From: Nitrospirota bacterium
GTDB lineage: Bacteria; Nitrospirota; UBA9217
Assembly (NCBI GenBank): GCA_963845065.1
Contig: CAWJQQ010000003.1
Coordinates: 128,001-192,000, forward strand
Direction of reading: 5' to 3'
DNA: 64,000 bases
Part shown: piece after piece, positions 61,533-64,000 of the stretch
Numbering within the stretch: position 1 is the stretch's first letter
Layout of the letters: each line of letters opens with the position of its first letter
Made by a program: the position numbers and the translations under genes
The notes under the pieces: generated by a model
The model's input: only the letters and a program-made list of their open reading frames with translations
Database searches by the model: none
What the model was told of the DNA's origin: nothing

Positions 61533-62851
61533 TGACAACTGCAGAAATTGCGTTACGCGTTGATAATTTATCGAAGATATATGCGCTTTATGATGTTCCT
61601 GTCGACAGATTGAAGGAATCTCTTAACCCATTCAGAAAGAAGTATCATAAAGACTTTTACGCCTTAAAAAATATAACTCTTAATATCAGCAAGGGCGAAG
61701 CTGTTGGAATCATTGGCAAGAACGGATCAGGCAAATCGACATTGCTGAAAATATTGACCGGAGTCCTGACCCCGTCTGCTGGTCATATGGCGACGAACGG
61801 CACCATATCTGCTCTTCTGGAATTGGGTACGGGATTCAACCCCGACTTGACGGGAATAGAAAATATCTATTTCAGCGGGACCATTATGGGGTATTCGAAA
61901 AACCAGATGTCTGCAAAATTAGACGATATACTTTCTTTTGCGGATATCGGTGATTTTGTCAAACAACCGGTTAAAACTTATTCAAGCGGTATGTTCGTCC
62001 GGCTTGCATTTGCAGTTGCGATTACCGTAGACCCTGATATTTTAATCGTAGACGAAGCGTTATCGGTTGGGGACATCAGATTTTCTCAAAAATGCTATAG
62101 AAAAATCAAAGAATTCAGGAGTCGCGGTAAAACAATTATCATGGTTACGCACGACACCGGGGCGGTTATTAGCTTCTGCACAAGGGCGGTCTGGTTGCAG
62201 GATGGAGAAGTCCGTCAGGATGGCAATCCTGATGATGTCGTTAAGCAATATATTTCATTCATGAGCTACGGCACAACGGCGCTGGATACAGAAAGGGCTG
62301 AATCAGGAAAACTGGGCATACTAAAGCAAGACCCACAGAACGTCGAGGACCGTTCCAAGGCAATTCAATGGGAAGAGGTCAGTGCGTGTTCTTCGTTTGG
62401 CGAAGGGGGGGCTAAAATAACGAGAGTCGCACTATACGACAAAGATTATTCGCATAGAATTACATTTATCAAAGGCGAAAGCGAAAGAGTCGTAAAGTTT
62501 TTAGTTGAGTTTATCTGCATGCAAGATATTGAATCTCCTATTGTAGGATTTACGGTTAAAGACGAGTTGGGAAACCAAATACTAGGTACAAACAGCAGTA
62601 TCCTCGGAATGAATCTTCAGCGTTTTATAAGTGGGAATAAAAATACGATCGAATTTGAATTCGAATTTCCTCTTTTAAGAAACGGAAATTATTCAATCTC
62701 TCCGGCTATCGCGGAGGGAACGCTTGAAAAGCATATACAACATCACTGGGTGCATGATGCCTACGTCGTGCAGCTTGTGAGCAAGAATGAAGCGGCAAAA
62801 ATGGGATTTCTTATTCCCATGGTCAATAATATTACGATAAATATATTCTGA
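61532..62851 (+). CDS. wzt: Polysaccharide ABC transporter ATPase with C-terminal Wzt_C carbohydrate-binding domain
   Basis: GKNGSGKST, LELGTGF, KTYSSGM, DEALSVGD; ~170-aa beta-rich C-terminal extension. Confidence 0.93.
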   Translation: MTTAEIALRVDNLSKIYALYDVPVDRLKESLNPFRKKYHKDFYALKNITLNISKGEAVGIIGKNGSGKSTLLKILTGVLTPSAGHMATNGTISALLELGTGFNPDLTGIENIYFSGTIMGYSKNQMSAKLDDILSFADIGDFVKQPVKTYSSGMFVRLAFAVAITVDPDILIVDEALSVGDIRFSQKCYRKIKEFRSRGKTIIMVTHDTGAVISFCTRAVWLQDGEVRQDGNPDDVVKQYISFMSYGTTALDTERAESGKLGILKQDPQNVEDRSKAIQWEEVSACSSFGEGGAKITRVALYDKDYSHRITFIKGESERVVKFLVEFICMQDIESPIVGFTVKDELGNQILGTNSSILGMNLQRFISGNKNTIEFEFEFPLLRNGNYSISPAIAEGTLEKHIQHHWVHDAYVVQLVSKNEAAKMGFLIPMVNNITINIF

Positions 62852-62970
62852 CCGTTTATCGGTTATCAGCATTCTAACCAATTAATTTATCGAGTTTGTG
62901 CTCGGAGAATGGCGGGTGACAAAAATCGCTTATATATGTATCGGTCGATATATAAATGGAGAATTACACC

Positions 62971-64000
62971 ATGACATTAAAAGACACCGGCGAAAGGTTT
63001 ATGTTAAGCAACGAATCGCCTGAAATCAATTATGAGCATTGGCATAGATATCTCTACGCAACTGAGTTTGTTAAAGACAAGGTTGTTTTAGATATCGCAT
63101 GCGGAATGGGGTATGGAAGTTATTTGCTCTCTGGGTATGCCAGCAGTGTAGTTGGAATTGATATTAATCCTGACGCAGTATTAAGCGCTTCTAATACTTA
63201 CGTCAAGCAGAATCTGCAATACCTTGTGGGTACTGTCGGGAATATTCCGCTTGATCGAAATCATTTTATTGATGTTATCACATCTTTTGAAACAATTGAA
63301 CATATCACTGAAGAAGACCAAACAAAATTTTTGCAAGAGGTAAAAAGACTTCTCAAGCCTGATGGGCTGCTCATTATATCAACGCCGAATAAGCTTTATT
63401 ATAGCGATTTAGCGAATTATAAAAATGAATTTCATGTTCGAGAATTTTATTTGAGCGAGTTTAAAAATTTTCTTTCCGATCGCTTCATGCATGTGCACAT
63501 CCTGGGCCAAAGGGTCAACACTGGTTCCTATATATGGGTCGAACACAGTCGTTCGGTGCGGGTGACTGAATACCGACTTGAACACGATAGAAATGGCTTC
63601 AAACCTACAAACGCTCCTAATCCTATGGTATATGCCATAGCCCTTTGTTCAGACCAGGATATTGAAAAAATCAACAATTCCGTCCTTATCGACCTCTCTG
63701 ACAGCATCGTAAAGAACAGAGATAAACGCATAGCCTTCCTTGATACCTTGATAGCTGATAAGGAAGTTCATATTGGCAACCTTGATACCCTGGTAAAGTC
63801 AAAAGACGAACAATTGCTGCAGCTAAAATCCACCTTACTGGACAGGGATGTTCAAGCGTCACAATTGGTGGCGCATGCGACAAATCTTGGATTAAATTTG
63901 AATGCCATTTATAGCTCTCGTGGATGGCGATTGCTATTGCAGTACTATAAGGTAAGAAACTGGCTTTTCCCTGAGAATAGCAAACGACGTTTTGTTGTTC
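62971..64000 (+). CDS. Class I SAM-dependent methyltransferase + coiled-coil protein (O-polysaccharide chain-terminator-like), 3' truncated; absent from the ORF track
   Basis: My translation from ATG 62971 (GGAG RBS) is open to the window end: TGERF, YEHWHRY, VLDIACGMGYG, SFETIEH, LIISTPN, heptad region, IYSSRGWRLL. Confidence 0.9.
   Translation, partial: MTLKDTGERFMLSNESPEINYEHWHRYLYATEFVKDKVVLDIACGMGYGSYLLSGYASSVVGIDINPDAVLSASNTYVKQNLQYLVGTVGNIPLDRNHFIDVITSFETIEHITEEDQTKFLQEVKRLLKPDGLLIISTPNKLYYSDLANYKNEFHVREFYLSEFKNFLSDRFMHVHILGQRVNTGSYIWVEHSRSVRVTEYRLEHDRNGFKPTNAPNPMVYAIALCSDQDIEKINNSVLIDLSDSIVKNRDKRIAFLDTLIADKEVHIGNLDTLVKSKDEQLLQLKSTLLDRDVQASQLVAHATNLGLNLNAIYSSRGWRLLLQYYKVRNWLFPENSKRRFVV

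Noticed and set aside
599..63883. Numerous antisense or overlapping ORFs in the six-frame track
   Set aside because: They are shadows of well-supported genes on the other strand or frame and lack RBSs and family motifs.
1..64000. CRISPR array, tRNA, rRNA, prophage or defence system
   Set aside because: No regularly spaced repeats, cloverleaf or rRNA signatures, or phage/defence-type ORFs were seen.

Overview
Mostly core-genome sequence from a diderm bacterium; gene content and order suggest Nitrospirota or a deltaproteobacterial-type lineage (inference). In order it holds: the 3' end of a sigma-54 (PilR-like) regulator, a UbiD-family menaquinone decarboxylase, a HlyC/CorC protein, purC, lysS-lolE-small membrane protein-lolD, and a heme cluster (ccsA-like, hemA, hemC, cobA-hemD fusion, Cys-rich HesB/IscA protein, hemB). 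Next come a decayed TnpB fragment, the rimP-nusA-ylxR/L7Ae-infB-DUF503-rbfA-DHH-truB-rpsO-pnp region, an FAD oxidoreductase, clpC (minus strand), a GNAT and hemW. The rest is a long envelope cluster: bamA-skp-lpxD-fabZ-lpxA-lpxI-gnnA-like-gnnB-like-lpxB-msbA-[DUF374 pseudogene]-waaA-lpxK-gmhB-heptosyltransferase-4 glycosyltransferases-deacetylase-waaL, then galE/wbaP (minus), an EPS-type MarR regulator, gmd, wzm, wzt and a methyltransferase/coiled-coil gene running off the end. No rRNA, tRNA or CRISPR array was seen, and I found no clearly novel multi-gene system. The best leads are a densely structured 260-nt region between the L7Ae-fusion gene and infB, predicted diamino-glucose lipid A with a dead DUF374 (LpxJ-like) acyltransferase, a probable ATA start for lolD coupled to an inserted small membrane gene, a TnpB remnant, a 7-Cys HesB protein within the heme operon, and a candidate MarR operator.
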